Shown piece after piece: positions 49,704 to 58,883 of a stretch of DNA of 64,000 bases (position 1 is its first letter; each line of letters opens with the position of its first letter). Below the pieces are notes generated by a model. It had not been told where the DNA came from, did not search any database, and saw only the letters and a program-made list of their open reading frames with translations. The translations under genes and the position numbers were made by a program. Source of the DNA: Promethearchaeota archaeon (lineage in GTDB: Archaea > Asgardarchaeota > Lokiarchaeia > Sigyniarchaeales > SOKP01). The stretch covers positions 96,001-160,000 of the forward strand of contig JAHLWP010000003.1 of assembly GCA_019057865.1 (NCBI GenBank), written 5' to 3'.

Positions 49704-51263
49704 TTACATTTGTTCTTGTTTAACAAAAAAATCTGCTGCTAGATTAATATCCTCCTTAGTCAATGTTCTTCCTAAGGAATTATGTAATTCTGTTACCAAT
49801 TGTTCGCATAATTTTAAACTCAAGGAACTTCCTTTCTCAGTTATCATTTTTTGTAACTCGCTAGCGAAGTCACCTAATTTAGCTTTTGATTCATCCAATT
49901 TTGGAAATAAATCAGTAGGCAATTTAGTTTCTTTAATTTTCACTTCTTTTTCGGTGGGTATTACGATCTTTAACTCTTTTGGAGTTAATGTAAGTTTTTT
50001 AGATTTGGGAGATACTTCCTCAGTTTTGAAAATTTTTAATTCTTTTGGCTTCTTTTCTAGTTGTTTAAATGACACCATTTTTTCTGTTGGTTTAGTAGAA
50101 GTTTCAGATTCTTTTATTTGAATAGCTTTTTCTGAAATCTCAGATATAGGTTTTGTACCAGGAAGCGGTTGTACTTTTATTTTTTTTGAAAATTTTAATT
50201 TAGCTGGGATTGCAAATTCTTTCTTTCTAATCATTTCTTTTCTAATCTTTACTTTTTCGTCAATTAATTTTCTAAGATTATCTACTTTTGTTTGAAGACT
50301 TGGTAAATACATAAAATCTTGATATAAATTACATACATTGATTAATTCATTATATTTCGCTAATGCTTGGACATTATTTCCAACAGCAACTAATTCATCA
50401 GCTACTTTTATTAATTCATTAAAATTTGATGGTAATTTTTCCTTTAAACCTACAGACTTTTTTACTAATTCCTCAATATTTTGCTTAGTTTCAGAATCAT
50501 TTAGAGAAAGTTCAATAAAATCATATATATCTAATTCGTTCTTAATTCTTTTTATATCGTCATTATCAACTAAATCTCGTTTGTTAGCAACCATTAGTAA
50601 TCTGGAAAAATTACTTTCAAGCTTATGTAAGTTTATAAAATGATTAACTACCTTCAAATGATAGTTTGATAAATCAAATAATAGAATAATTAAATCAGAT
50701 CCACTGATAAACTTAGACCACAAAGGAGAAAAATTATCTTTTATTTGAAAATCCCATAAATCAAAATTTAAACCATCCATCTCAAAAATTGATGATTTAG
50801 CAAAATTCATTATCGATCTTTCTCCACCACTGCGCAGCATGTTATAGAGTGTTGTTTTTCCAGAACCAGTTGGTCCAATAATTGCTATCTTTGAGTGAAG
50901 ATCTTTTTGGATCAAATCTAAGAAGCGCATAAACTCATATTTAGAAGGACTTGATTCTTTAATCTTAGAGGGGTCAGGAAATAATTCTTTAAACTTTTTC
51001 ATCGTACTTTTTATAATATCATTTAATATATCAAGTGAATCAACTAAATCAGCTATAAATAAAAAATACAATTCTCCAGCTCCCCTATGAAATATCTGAA
51101 AATTTGAAACCGGACGACTAAAAGTTTTGCCAGTCATTGGCATATCGATATATTCTTGAATAATTTCTTTAACGTTGTTTAATTCCTCGGCACTTAATGC
51201 CATCGCATAATCCTTACAAAATAAATGTTCAGCTTTAAGAAAAATGTGAATTTGTCTTAACAT
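49704..51263 (-). CDS. Longin-like domain fused to a degenerate Ras-superfamily GTPase with helical C-terminal region
   Basis: N-terminal MLRQIHIF...FQIFHR...LYFLFIAD..D...F longin pattern. G1 GPTGSGKTT, G3 WDFQ (no Gly), G4 NKRD. Confidence 0.75.
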   Translation of the reverse strand: MLRQIHIFLKAEHLFCKDYAMALSAEELNNVKEIIQEYIDMPMTGKTFSRPVSNFQIFHRGAGELYFLFIADLVDSLDILNDIIKSTMKKFKELFPDPSKIKESSPSKYEFMRFLDLIQKDLHSKIAIIGPTGSGKTTLYNMLRSGGERSIMNFAKSSIFEMDGLNFDLWDFQIKDNFSPLWSKFISGSDLIILLFDLSNYHLKVVNHFINLHKLESNFSRLLMVANKRDLVDNDDIKRIKNELDIYDFIELSLNDSETKQNIEELVKKSVGLKEKLPSNFNELIKVADELVAVGNNVQALAKYNELINVCNLYQDFMYLPSLQTKVDNLRKLIDEKVKIRKEMIRKKEFAIPAKLKFSKKIKVQPLPGTKPISEISEKAIQIKESETSTKPTEKMVSFKQLEKKPKELKIFKTEEVSPKSKKLTLTPKELKIVIPTEKEVKIKETKLPTDLFPKLDESKAKLGDFASELQKMITEKGSSLSLKLCEQLVTELHNSLGRTLTKEDINLAADFFVKQEQM

Positions 51264-51460
51264 ATTCTACTTATCCTAACACATTCTATTCTATCCTACA
51301 AAGAAAGAAGTAATGCTTCTTAATAATTTTTTATAATTCCTTTCTAATAAAAGTTTAAGTATTTCTATAGAATAATAGAAAATTGATAAAAAATATTAGA
51401 CTTGAAAGTTAATTTCATTATAAGATCTATAATAAAATTTTGACATTCTAAAACAAAAAG

Positions 51461-52417
51461 ATGCCTTTACAACCAGAACATATATTAAATTATTTGGCAA
51501 ATGAATCAGAAACAAAATATAAATCAGATTTGATTGATTTATTGATGAATAGAATTGATAAATTATGTTTTGAAGAATGTCAGATTGATAGAATTCAATG
51601 TACATTAACACCATTATGTGCCAGACGCTTTTTATTGAAATTAAGAATAAAAAATGGCTTAGCATTAGAGGATCTACCAAAATTTTGTTATAGCGTTCAT
51701 AAAGGGGTCATCGAAAGGGATTTTAGGAATAAAACTGTTGTATATAGACCTTATGATGCTTATTTATATCAAGTAGACTTTTTAGATATATTTTTTCATG
51801 GAGATTATCGTAAATTAAATAAGTTTATTTCTTTCCAAAAATGGAAAGATGCTTTAAAGATATTCGATGATAGGATTCAAAATCGAAATGAGAATTTTAA
51901 ATACATATTAATGAATAATTATATGATTTTCAAATATGATGATCGTATACATGTTATCTATATTAATGAAAAATATGTCCTTTGTAATGCTAATCGCGAA
52001 AACATTGTTAGTCTTGAATTATTATTGGGTTTAATCATACTATTTGCTCAAATCTATTTTCCTGAGGTAAGTATGAAATTAATTCCATCAGAATATGTAT
52101 CAGTTTCAACATTGATACCTCATGATGTGCTAATAAAAATTAAAGATAAACCTCCAGAAGATAATGATTCAAAAGCAGATAATTATTTTTGGAATGTTTT
52201 TGCAGAAGATTTAGATGCCCTAACGCAATATTGTGAAGAAATACATTTACAAATGGATGACAATGAAAATTTAGAAATAATAATAAATATTAGTGTGGAA
52301 TCTAATAATTATGTTGAGCATAATAAGAGATTGCCTTTAAGGTTTAGAGATTTGCGATTAATTTTTAATTTTATAACACGAATTTATAATGATTATTATA
52401 TTATTTGGGTAGATTAA
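51461..52417 (+). CDS. Hypothetical protein with N-terminal Cys cluster
   Basis: 318-aa ORF containing CFEEC...C.....C...FC. Confidence 0.7.
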   Translation: MPLQPEHILNYLANESETKYKSDLIDLLMNRIDKLCFEECQIDRIQCTLTPLCARRFLLKLRIKNGLALEDLPKFCYSVHKGVIERDFRNKTVVYRPYDAYLYQVDFLDIFFHGDYRKLNKFISFQKWKDALKIFDDRIQNRNENFKYILMNNYMIFKYDDRIHVIYINEKYVLCNANRENIVSLELLLGLIILFAQIYFPEVSMKLIPSEYVSVSTLIPHDVLIKIKDKPPEDNDSKADNYFWNVFAEDLDALTQYCEEIHLQMDDNENLEIIINISVESNNYVEHNKRLPLRFRDLRLIFNFITRIYNDYYIIWVD

Positions 52418-52442
52418 ATAAGAAGAGAAGAGGTTAATAATA

Positions 52443-53687
52443 ATGAATGAGGTTAATAAAAATGATCAGGAAATTCAAATCGTTAAAGATTTTGTAAAAG
52501 ATGGGAGAATTGATGATGCTGTAAAAACAATCGCCAGTTATTTGGGTAATCCAACAGAAGAAAAATATATAGAAAGATTAGAAAATATTATAGAAACGTT
52601 ACTACCTCTTCATGGAGGTAGAACAGTATTGAGATTTTTAATTGAAAACTTAATTATTGATATACCTACTTTATTAAAAAACCTTTCAAAAAAAGACTCG
52701 TTATTGAGATATACCTTTTTACTATTACTGAAAACAATGTGTGAAAACGAATGTGATTTATTCCTCCCTCATAGTGAAGATTTATTAAATTCTAATGATC
52801 CTAATGTCCGAGAAGCGGCTTTACAATTATTAATATACATGGCAGGTGGAGAAACTGATATTGATGATGAGGCTCTTATAAAAACAATTATATTAAAATT
52901 ACCAGATGATAAAGATTTTGTAGTTGAAAAAGCTATTCAAACTCTAAAAGCGATAGGTAGGAATAACCCAACCGTAATAACTAGAATCTTATCTGATTAT
53001 GCAAAAGAAATACTAAATATTCCCGAGAATGAAGATTTAAAAAAATCCATAGATTCAATATTAAAATCCATAGTTTCCATTGATAAAATAGGAGAAATTG
53101 TAGAAGAAGAAAAGATGGAAAGACATTTGGAAAAGGAAGAATCAGAACTTTTAGATAAAGAATTGGAACTAAAAAAGAAAGAATTAGAGATTAAAAAGAA
53201 AAAATTGGAATTAGAAGAAAAAGAGAGAGAAATTGAAGAAAAGGCAATGCAAACGAAAGAGGAGGCATTAAGACTAAAAGAGGAAAGAATAACGAAAGAA
53301 CAAGAATTAGGTGAAGAGAAAGAAATTAAAGAAAAACCTGCAAAAGTAAAAATACCAAAAAAGCTAAAGAAGGAAGAATCGGAAATTATTGACAAAGAAT
53401 TGGAACTAAAAAAGAAAGAAATAGAGATTAAGAAGAAAAAATTGGCATTAGAAGAAAAAGAGAAGGCATTAGAAGAAAAAGAAATCTTAGAGAAGGAAAA
53501 GGTATTAAAATTAAAAGAAGAATTAATTGAAAAGGAAAAGGAACTATCTCAAGTAGAGTTAGAACTAAAGCAAAAAGCAATTGAACAAAAAGAACAGAAA
53601 CTTAAAGAAGAAGAAATCAAAAGGATTAAAGAAGAGCTTAAAAAAATAGAACATAACAAAGAAGAAAATGAAGAATCTCTGAAATAA
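52443..53687 (+). CDS. HEAT/ARM-repeat protein with long K/E-rich coiled-coil tail
   Basis: LLNSNDPNVREAALQLL and DDKDFVVEKAIQTL HEAT repeats; the C-terminal half is almost all K, E, L and I. Confidence 0.78.
   Translation: MNEVNKNDQEIQIVKDFVKDGRIDDAVKTIASYLGNPTEEKYIERLENIIETLLPLHGGRTVLRFLIENLIIDIPTLLKNLSKKDSLLRYTFLLLLKTMCENECDLFLPHSEDLLNSNDPNVREAALQLLIYMAGGETDIDDEALIKTIILKLPDDKDFVVEKAIQTLKAIGRNNPTVITRILSDYAKEILNIPENEDLKKSIDSILKSIVSIDKIGEIVEEEKMERHLEKEESELLDKELELKKKELEIKKKKLELEEKEREIEEKAMQTKEEALRLKEERITKEQELGEEKEIKEKPAKVKIPKKLKKEESEIIDKELELKKKEIEIKKKKLALEEKEKALEEKEILEKEKVLKLKEELIEKEKELSQVELELKQKAIEQKEQKLKEEEIKRIKEELKKIEHNKEENEESLK
53133..53480 (+). repeat. Imperfect direct repeat of about 110 bp inside the coiled-coil region (53133-53243 and 53370-53480)
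   Basis: aaggaagaatc...aaagaattggaactaaaaaagaaagaa...ttagaagaaaaagag occurs twice, encoding KEESE..DKELELKKKE.EIKKKKL.LEEKE. Confidence 0.85.
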
Positions 53688-53690
53688 GTT

Positions 53691-54716
53691 TCATTCCTCA
53701 TCAAAATCAATACTAGATTGGGGTTTATTCTCAGTAATAGGAGTTTTATGTAATCTTCTCACTAATTTTCGAACTTCTTCTATTTTCATACTTTCTGGGG
53801 CTAAACTCAATTGAATTTTTTTTGCTAGATCATATGCTAGCTCAATATAATTTAGATCTTCGAGAAATTCTACAATTTGAATTTTACAATCTATATCTTC
53901 TATTCCTTCTCCATATTCTAATAATTTTTCTTTGAGTAAAATATCTATCTTATCAGATCTCTCAACATATTTTACCTTTCTGACTAATTGCTTAAAACTG
54001 TTCATTAAATTATATATTTCAGAATCAGCATAGCTATCAATATTTTTCAACACATGGAAAATATAAATTTCCGCCTTTTCCCATCTTTTAAATTTTAAAC
54101 TCGATTCGATTAATTCTAAAAGAGCTAACTCATAGAGAAATTTACTTTCAATACTAGGTATAATTTTTTCAAAAATCCAATCTAATAAATTAGGTAAATC
54201 AAATTTCTCAATAATATCTAGTAAGAATTTCTCTACAGTAAAATATAACTTTGCATTTTCTGTTTTTGTAGAAGTTAGGAAAGAAACTAAAGCATACTTA
54301 ACTCTACCCATAGCATCTTCAAGATTTAAAGGTTTTTCTGCAAATTTGTAAAATGCTGATTCTAAAATCGGTTGAATCTTATCTTTAGCGTCGAAATCAT
54401 AAACAAAATATTCTCCCCAACTTGGCGTAGGTCCGATGCTTTTTCTGGATTTTGTAGATTGTTTCTGCTTGGTTTTTTGAGGTAATTTAGGTTGTTTAGC
54501 CTTTAATTCATCAGATAGTTGTTTTGCTTGTTCTTCAGATATAAATCTAAGAATTATTTTATCTTTTTCTTTTGGAACAGTTAATCTGAAAAATACATCT
54601 TCTTCTTCATCTTCAAATAATACATCTCTTAAATTCTTTGGAAAGGTAATTCCAGTTTTAGTTTTTTTAATTATTTCCTCAAATAAAGGAGTATCTTTGG
54701 AATTCTCTTCTGCCAT
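53691..54716 (-). CDS. AbrB/SpoVT-like N-terminal domain plus alpha-helical (TPR-like) domain protein
   Basis: GITFPKNLRDVL resembles the AbrB motif ITIPxxxR; followed by a linker and helical repeats. Confidence 0.55.
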   Translation of the reverse strand: MAEENSKDTPLFEEIIKKTKTGITFPKNLRDVLFEDEEEDVFFRLTVPKEKDKIILRFISEEQAKQLSDELKAKQPKLPQKTKQKQSTKSRKSIGPTPSWGEYFVYDFDAKDKIQPILESAFYKFAEKPLNLEDAMGRVKYALVSFLTSTKTENAKLYFTVEKFLLDIIEKFDLPNLLDWIFEKIIPSIESKFLYELALLELIESSLKFKRWEKAEIYIFHVLKNIDSYADSEIYNLMNSFKQLVRKVKYVERSDKIDILLKEKLLEYGEGIEDIDCKIQIVEFLEDLNYIELAYDLAKKIQLSLAPESMKIEEVRKLVRRLHKTPITENKPQSSIDFDEE

Positions 54717-54785
54717 AATTATTAAATTGTTTAGTTATTTTATAACTTTAATATTATATTATTAATTTTATTAATTTCTTTATTA

Positions 54786-55388
54786 TTACCCTGTAATATT
54801 AACTAATTCTACTCCACGTACATCAAAATTTTGATCAATAAAGCATAAAATAGCGTGCCCCTCATGAACATATACTATTGGAACAGGATAAGATTCAGCA
54901 TTTTCAATAAAATTTTTTTTAACAAATAAAGTTAGAACTTTATTACATACTCTACATTCAACATTTATACTTTTTATTAAGCCTAAATCTGCAAACCTTT
55001 CTATAATATCTTCAATTTCATTTTTAAAAGCATTAAAAATATTAATAGAAAAATTTCCATAGGACAAAATTACCTCCACATCATATATATCATGAAATTT
55101 AAAACTTACATGATCCAATAAAGCTTCCAATAATTGAAATTGTACTTCATTTCTCGAACCAACAGTATATATTAAATTATCTCTTCTGATATGTACAATT
55201 TTCATATTTCCCTTGGTTAAATGAAAGAAAATATCATTAACTGGATTTTGTTTGACAATATTTAAATCTAAATCATATCTTTTAAATGATCTAACAGGTT
55301 TCCACTCAAACAATGTGAAATTTTCATTACTTATATTGATAAATTCAAGATACTCTCCGATATTTTTATATACTGGCATTTGACTCAC
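54786..55388 (-). CDS. Longin-like domain plus C-terminal CxxC...HxxH putative Zn-binding domain
   Basis: LEFINISN..FTLFEW...KIVHIRRDNLIYTVGS...LLEALL......F...Y, then CRVC...HEGH...FIDQNFDVRG. Confidence 0.55.
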   Translation of the reverse strand: MSQMPVYKNIGEYLEFINISNENFTLFEWKPVRSFKRYDLDLNIVKQNPVNDIFFHLTKGNMKIVHIRRDNLIYTVGSRNEVQFQLLEALLDHVSFKFHDIYDVEVILSYGNFSINIFNAFKNEIEDIIERFADLGLIKSINVECRVCNKVLTLFVKKNFIENAESYPVPIVYVHEGHAILCFIDQNFDVRGVELVNITG

Positions 55389-55606
55389 ATTAAATACTTA
55401 AATATTAATACTTTTAAAGTGATAATTATTCAAAATTACTATTATAACTAATTAATGGTAATTTCAATATAAATATCTTTCATGAACGATATCAATTTTT
55501 TTGAATCGGTTCTTAATTAATAATATAAATTATAAAGGAAGATTTTTAATTTTTAATAACTCTCCTTGATAAAAAGTTTAAAAATTCCAATAATGAGTGA
55601 GCAAAA

Positions 55607-56449
55607 TTGGATAAAAAGAAAATTAAAAGAGAAATTGACACTTTTCAAGAAACACATATAATAAAAGAGTATGAAACTTTATCTTTTTCTGTAGTATTGG
55701 TTAAACCTGAGCATGCAGGGAATATTGGTTCTATAGCACGTCTAATGGAAAATTTCAACTTTAAAAAGCTTGTTATTTTTAATCCAATTGAAGAAATTGA
55801 AAAAATATTCAGTTATGAAACCCAAGGATTTGCTATGCATGGAAAAGATATTCTTTTTAATGCTGAAGTAATAATTATTCAAGACCAAGAAGATCATCTA
55901 TCTAAATTTAAAAAATATTTAGAAGGATTTGATTTAGTTATTGCTACAACTGCCAAAGGCGAAAGTTACTCAAATATTAGAAGATTAGCGATTTTCCCTG
56001 AAGACTTAATATTTCCAAAATCCGAAACTCAATTAAAAATTGCTATACTTTTTGGTAAGGAGTCTCGAGGTTTAACTAATGAAGAAATCAACTTTGTAGA
56101 TATATTATTAAGAATCCCTACAGGATTTAATTACCCTACTTTAAATATTTCACACGCTTGTGGAATAGTATTATATGAAATATTTAAAAAAATAAGCGTA
56201 TTAACAATTGGACGAGGTAAAAAACCTGTTCTTTATGCAAATAAAGAAGACCGTCTTACTCTTTATAAATTTATAGATCATCTTATTGAAAAGTTGAAAA
56301 TAAGATCTCATAAAAAAGAAAATGTATTTTTTGCGTTTAAAAATGTTTTTGAACGTGCTTTTATGTCAAAAAAAGAATTGAGTTTAATAACAGGATTATT
56401 TTCCAAAGTAGATTCAATTTTAAGTAATATAAGCTTATATGAGAGTTGA
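55607..56449 (+). CDS. SPOUT RNA methyltransferase, TrmJ/TrmH family
   Basis: VVLVKPEHAGNIGSIARLM.NF, ATTA, LFGKESRGLTNEE and IPT...YPTLNISHA motifs. Confidence 0.9.
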   Translation: MDKKKIKREIDTFQETHIIKEYETLSFSVVLVKPEHAGNIGSIARLMENFNFKKLVIFNPIEEIEKIFSYETQGFAMHGKDILFNAEVIIIQDQEDHLSKFKKYLEGFDLVIATTAKGESYSNIRRLAIFPEDLIFPKSETQLKIAILFGKESRGLTNEEINFVDILLRIPTGFNYPTLNISHACGIVLYEIFKKISVLTIGRGKKPVLYANKEDRLTLYKFIDHLIEKLKIRSHKKENVFFAFKNVFERAFMSKKELSLITGLFSKVDSILSNISLYES

Positions 56450-56483
56450 TTTAAGGAAATTAAAAAAATTTAAATTAAAAAAA

Positions 56484-57134
56484 TTAAATAAGATATTTTT
56501 GCTGTAATTCAACATAATCATAATAATCTTGAAATTTTTCTTCTACAAATTCGAAAGTTATCTCGTAAAATTGTCGAAAGAGTTCTTCTGGAAAGATATT
56601 CTCCTCAAAAATTATTTTTGAAACTAATTGTTCAGTTAAGATTTGTGAATTGATTGGCTTATTATATAGTAAAAACTTCATCATAGATTTTTCAACAGTA
56701 GTTTTAACTATACTTTTCACAAACTTTAAACCTAAATCAGAATCAGGGTCAAGAAAATATGGATAATTCATATCATCCAAGATTTTTATCAAGTTTAATT
56801 TGTTTGAGATCTTATCTACACTGTATTCTAATGAGCTAGGCTGAAGTCCAAACTTCTCACAAAAATCTTGTTTTGATTCATGAAGAGGAAATGCTAAAGG
56901 GTGTCTTGAGATAATGTAATATGCAGAAATCAGGAATTTAAACAAGTTATGAGGGATTTTATCACATTTCCTCAAATATCGATAGATTAATGTAATCGTA
57001 TCTAGTAATAAATCAAAATTAATGTCGAGTTGCTCCAAAAATTCTTGGCTTTCTTTTAATAAATCAACCGTTATCCTTTCTTTTGTATTAAGTATTTCAT
57101 AATTAGGTGTATAAAGTTCTAACATTTCACACAC
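56484..57134 (-). CDS. Hypothetical protein with a probable single cyclin/TFIIB-type helical repeat
   Basis: ISAYYIISRH...SKQDFCEKFGLQPSSLEYSVDKISNKL parallels TFB AACIYIAAK...TQSLVADIAKITEVTLRSRAKQIKNKL. Confidence 0.5.
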   Translation of the reverse strand: MCEMLELYTPNYEILNTKERITVDLLKESQEFLEQLDINFDLLLDTITLIYRYLRKCDKIPHNLFKFLISAYYIISRHPLAFPLHESKQDFCEKFGLQPSSLEYSVDKISNKLNLIKILDDMNYPYFLDPDSDLGLKFVKSIVKTTVEKSMMKFLLYNKPINSQILTEQLVSKIIFEENIFPEELFRQFYEITFEFVEEKFQDYYDYVELQQKYLI

Positions 57135-57218
57135 AAATCCTTTACTTATTTATTTTTTATTGTAATATTGATATGATATTTCGATATTATACATATAGTA
57201 CTTTTTATATTTAAATGT

Positions 57219-57255
57219 TGCATCACAATTGATGCATTTTAGGATCAAAAATGCA
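57219..57255. promoter_or_regulatory. Overlapping inverted repeats TGCATCA-N4-TGATGCA and TGCATTTT-N7-AAAATGCA in a divergent promoter
   Basis: Read directly at 57219-57236 and 57233-57255, upstream of a ribbon-helix-helix gene. Confidence 0.5.
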
Positions 57256-57314
57256 AACATTTATATATTTATAAATTCATTTTTATATCAGTGTTTTTGT
57301 CGGAGTAAATTAAA

Positions 57315-57782
57315 ATGCCACCTGAATCTAAATCTCAAGATGATTCTGAAGAAAGAAAAAAAAGAATTACTGTTAAACTAGATGGATTCGATCGTAAAGT
57401 CATTAATAAGATGGCAACAAATAGAAATATCTCTCTATCCCAGGCTATAAGAAATATAGTACACCAATGGATTGAAAGTAATCCCGATTTATTGAAAAAA
57501 AATTACGGAATTAGTGTTGAAGAAATTTCTGAGGAAATTGCTTTAGAAACAGCAAGTATAACATTAGATAAAACTTTGCAACCATATGAGAAAGATATAA
57601 TAAAAGAACTACCTAATTTTTTTGAAATGGTTGATGATGTTAGTTTAGAAGATTTAGCAGAATATTTTGATATTAGTATAAAAGCTATTAAAAATCTAAT
57701 CTTTACACATAGCGTAAAAATAAAAGAATTAGGATTGCGTTTAATGTATAGAGGAGACAGAATATATAAATACATAGAATAA
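57315..57782 (+). CDS. Ribbon-helix-helix (CopG-like) protein with C-terminal winged-helix-like domain
   Basis: KRITVKLD...I.KMA..RNISLSQAIRNIV is an RHH pattern; VSLEDLAEYFDIS.KAIK is HTH-like. Confidence 0.72.
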   Translation: MPPESKSQDDSEERKKRITVKLDGFDRKVINKMATNRNISLSQAIRNIVHQWIESNPDLLKKNYGISVEEISEEIALETASITLDKTLQPYEKDIIKELPNFFEMVDDVSLEDLAEYFDISIKAIKNLIFTHSVKIKELGLRLMYRGDRIYKYIE

Positions 57783-57804
57783 AAATTAAATTAGTAGACT
57801 AAAA

Positions 57805-58065
57805 ATGAGTTCTGGAAAAATAGAAAAGTTTTACAATGATGTTTTAAAGAGCAGATTTAATAATTCAGTCGATCATTATTTTTCTCTTTCTAGTTGCGTA
57901 ATCCCTTTTTCATCTTTATCTAAAAATAAACAATCTTCTTGTATTTATTTTGGTAATGAAAAGATACCATTTAAAGAGAGACATCCAGAATTTAGGATGA
58001 TATTAAGAAATGAATTTTCTAATGTTATAAAGGAATTCAGTAGAAATCTTAATAATAATAAATAA
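57805..58065 (+). CDS. Small hypothetical protein, paralog of 60931..61191
   Basis: Shared S..VIPFS......S.IY.GNE.IPF....PEF..IL..EF.N...EF. Confidence 0.7.
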   Translation: MSSGKIEKFYNDVLKSRFNNSVDHYFSLSSCVIPFSSLSKNKQSSCIYFGNEKIPFKERHPEFRMILRNEFSNVIKEFSRNLNNNK

Positions 58066-58103
58066 AGATTTTTTCAACTTAACAGAATAAAGAGTAAAAT
58101 AGC

Positions 58104-58454
58104 TTATTCATAAAGAACGCAAGCTATCAAGATAAATTTCCATGGAACTTCATTTCCATCGTATACTAAAGATTTAACATCATCAAAAGGCTCTTTACCG
58201 GAAAAAGTTTAAAAACTTTCCAAGCCCTTTCCTATAGCTTTTTCATCTTCTAATATTTCTAAAAATCGTTCTTTAATCCCTGCCCAATAAATTTGTTTCA
58301 AATCTATTATCTTTTTTAGTTCAGGCAAATCAATTAAACCTTCCGTGACTAAATTCTCACTAACCAGATGGAAGTATTTACTAAATTTTCTAGAAACTTC
58401 TTCTGGATTACCTTCTATTCGATTGTACAAAAAAACCAATCCAATTGCATTCAT
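58104..58454 (-). pseudogene. Hypothetical gene interrupted by an internal TAA (pseudogene or sequencing error)
   Basis: After the TAA at 58211-58209 the same frame continues TFSGKEPFDDVKSLVYDGNEVPWKFILIACVLYE to a stop at 58106-58104. Confidence 0.6.
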
Positions 58455-58605
58455 TTTCAATTAAGTCTTTTAATGATATGTTTTGAAAAATTATTCTTCT
58501 TTTTAATAAATTGATATTATTAACCATAAAGCTTATTATTCTTTTTATTAAATATCAGAATTGATAAGTTTTTTATTCTTATATCATATAAGAAGGAATT
58601 TAAGC

Positions 58606-58803
58606 ATGCCAAAAGTATGTAAATGGTATTTTTGCTGTCCCATAAAATATTATGTGGAAAGTGGTAAACTTGAGAGAAAATGGATTGAAGAATATTGCTT
58701 GATAAGTAATATTGATTGTGTAAGATACGAAATGGAAGAAAATGGTATAGAACACCCTGATAATATGCTTCCTAACGGAGAAATCAGAGAAGGATTAAGA
58801 TAA
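58606..58803 (+). CDS. Small Cys-rich hypothetical protein
   Basis: MPKVCKWYFCCP...YC....CVRY.MEE.G..HPDNMLPNG; ATG at 58606 follows AAGGA. Confidence 0.7.
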   Translation: MPKVCKWYFCCPIKYYVESGKLERKWIEEYCLISNIDCVRYEMEENGIEHPDNMLPNGEIREGLR

Positions 58804-58883
58804 AAAGTGAAAAATGCTCTAATAAATTTTATAATTCATATTGAATTAAAATTCAATAATTCTAAATAGTAAGAGAGAATAAA

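Noticed and set aside
58606-58803. Uracil-DNA glycosylase label that I recall being attached to similar small proteins
   Set aside because: Only 65 aa with no UDG catalytic motifs
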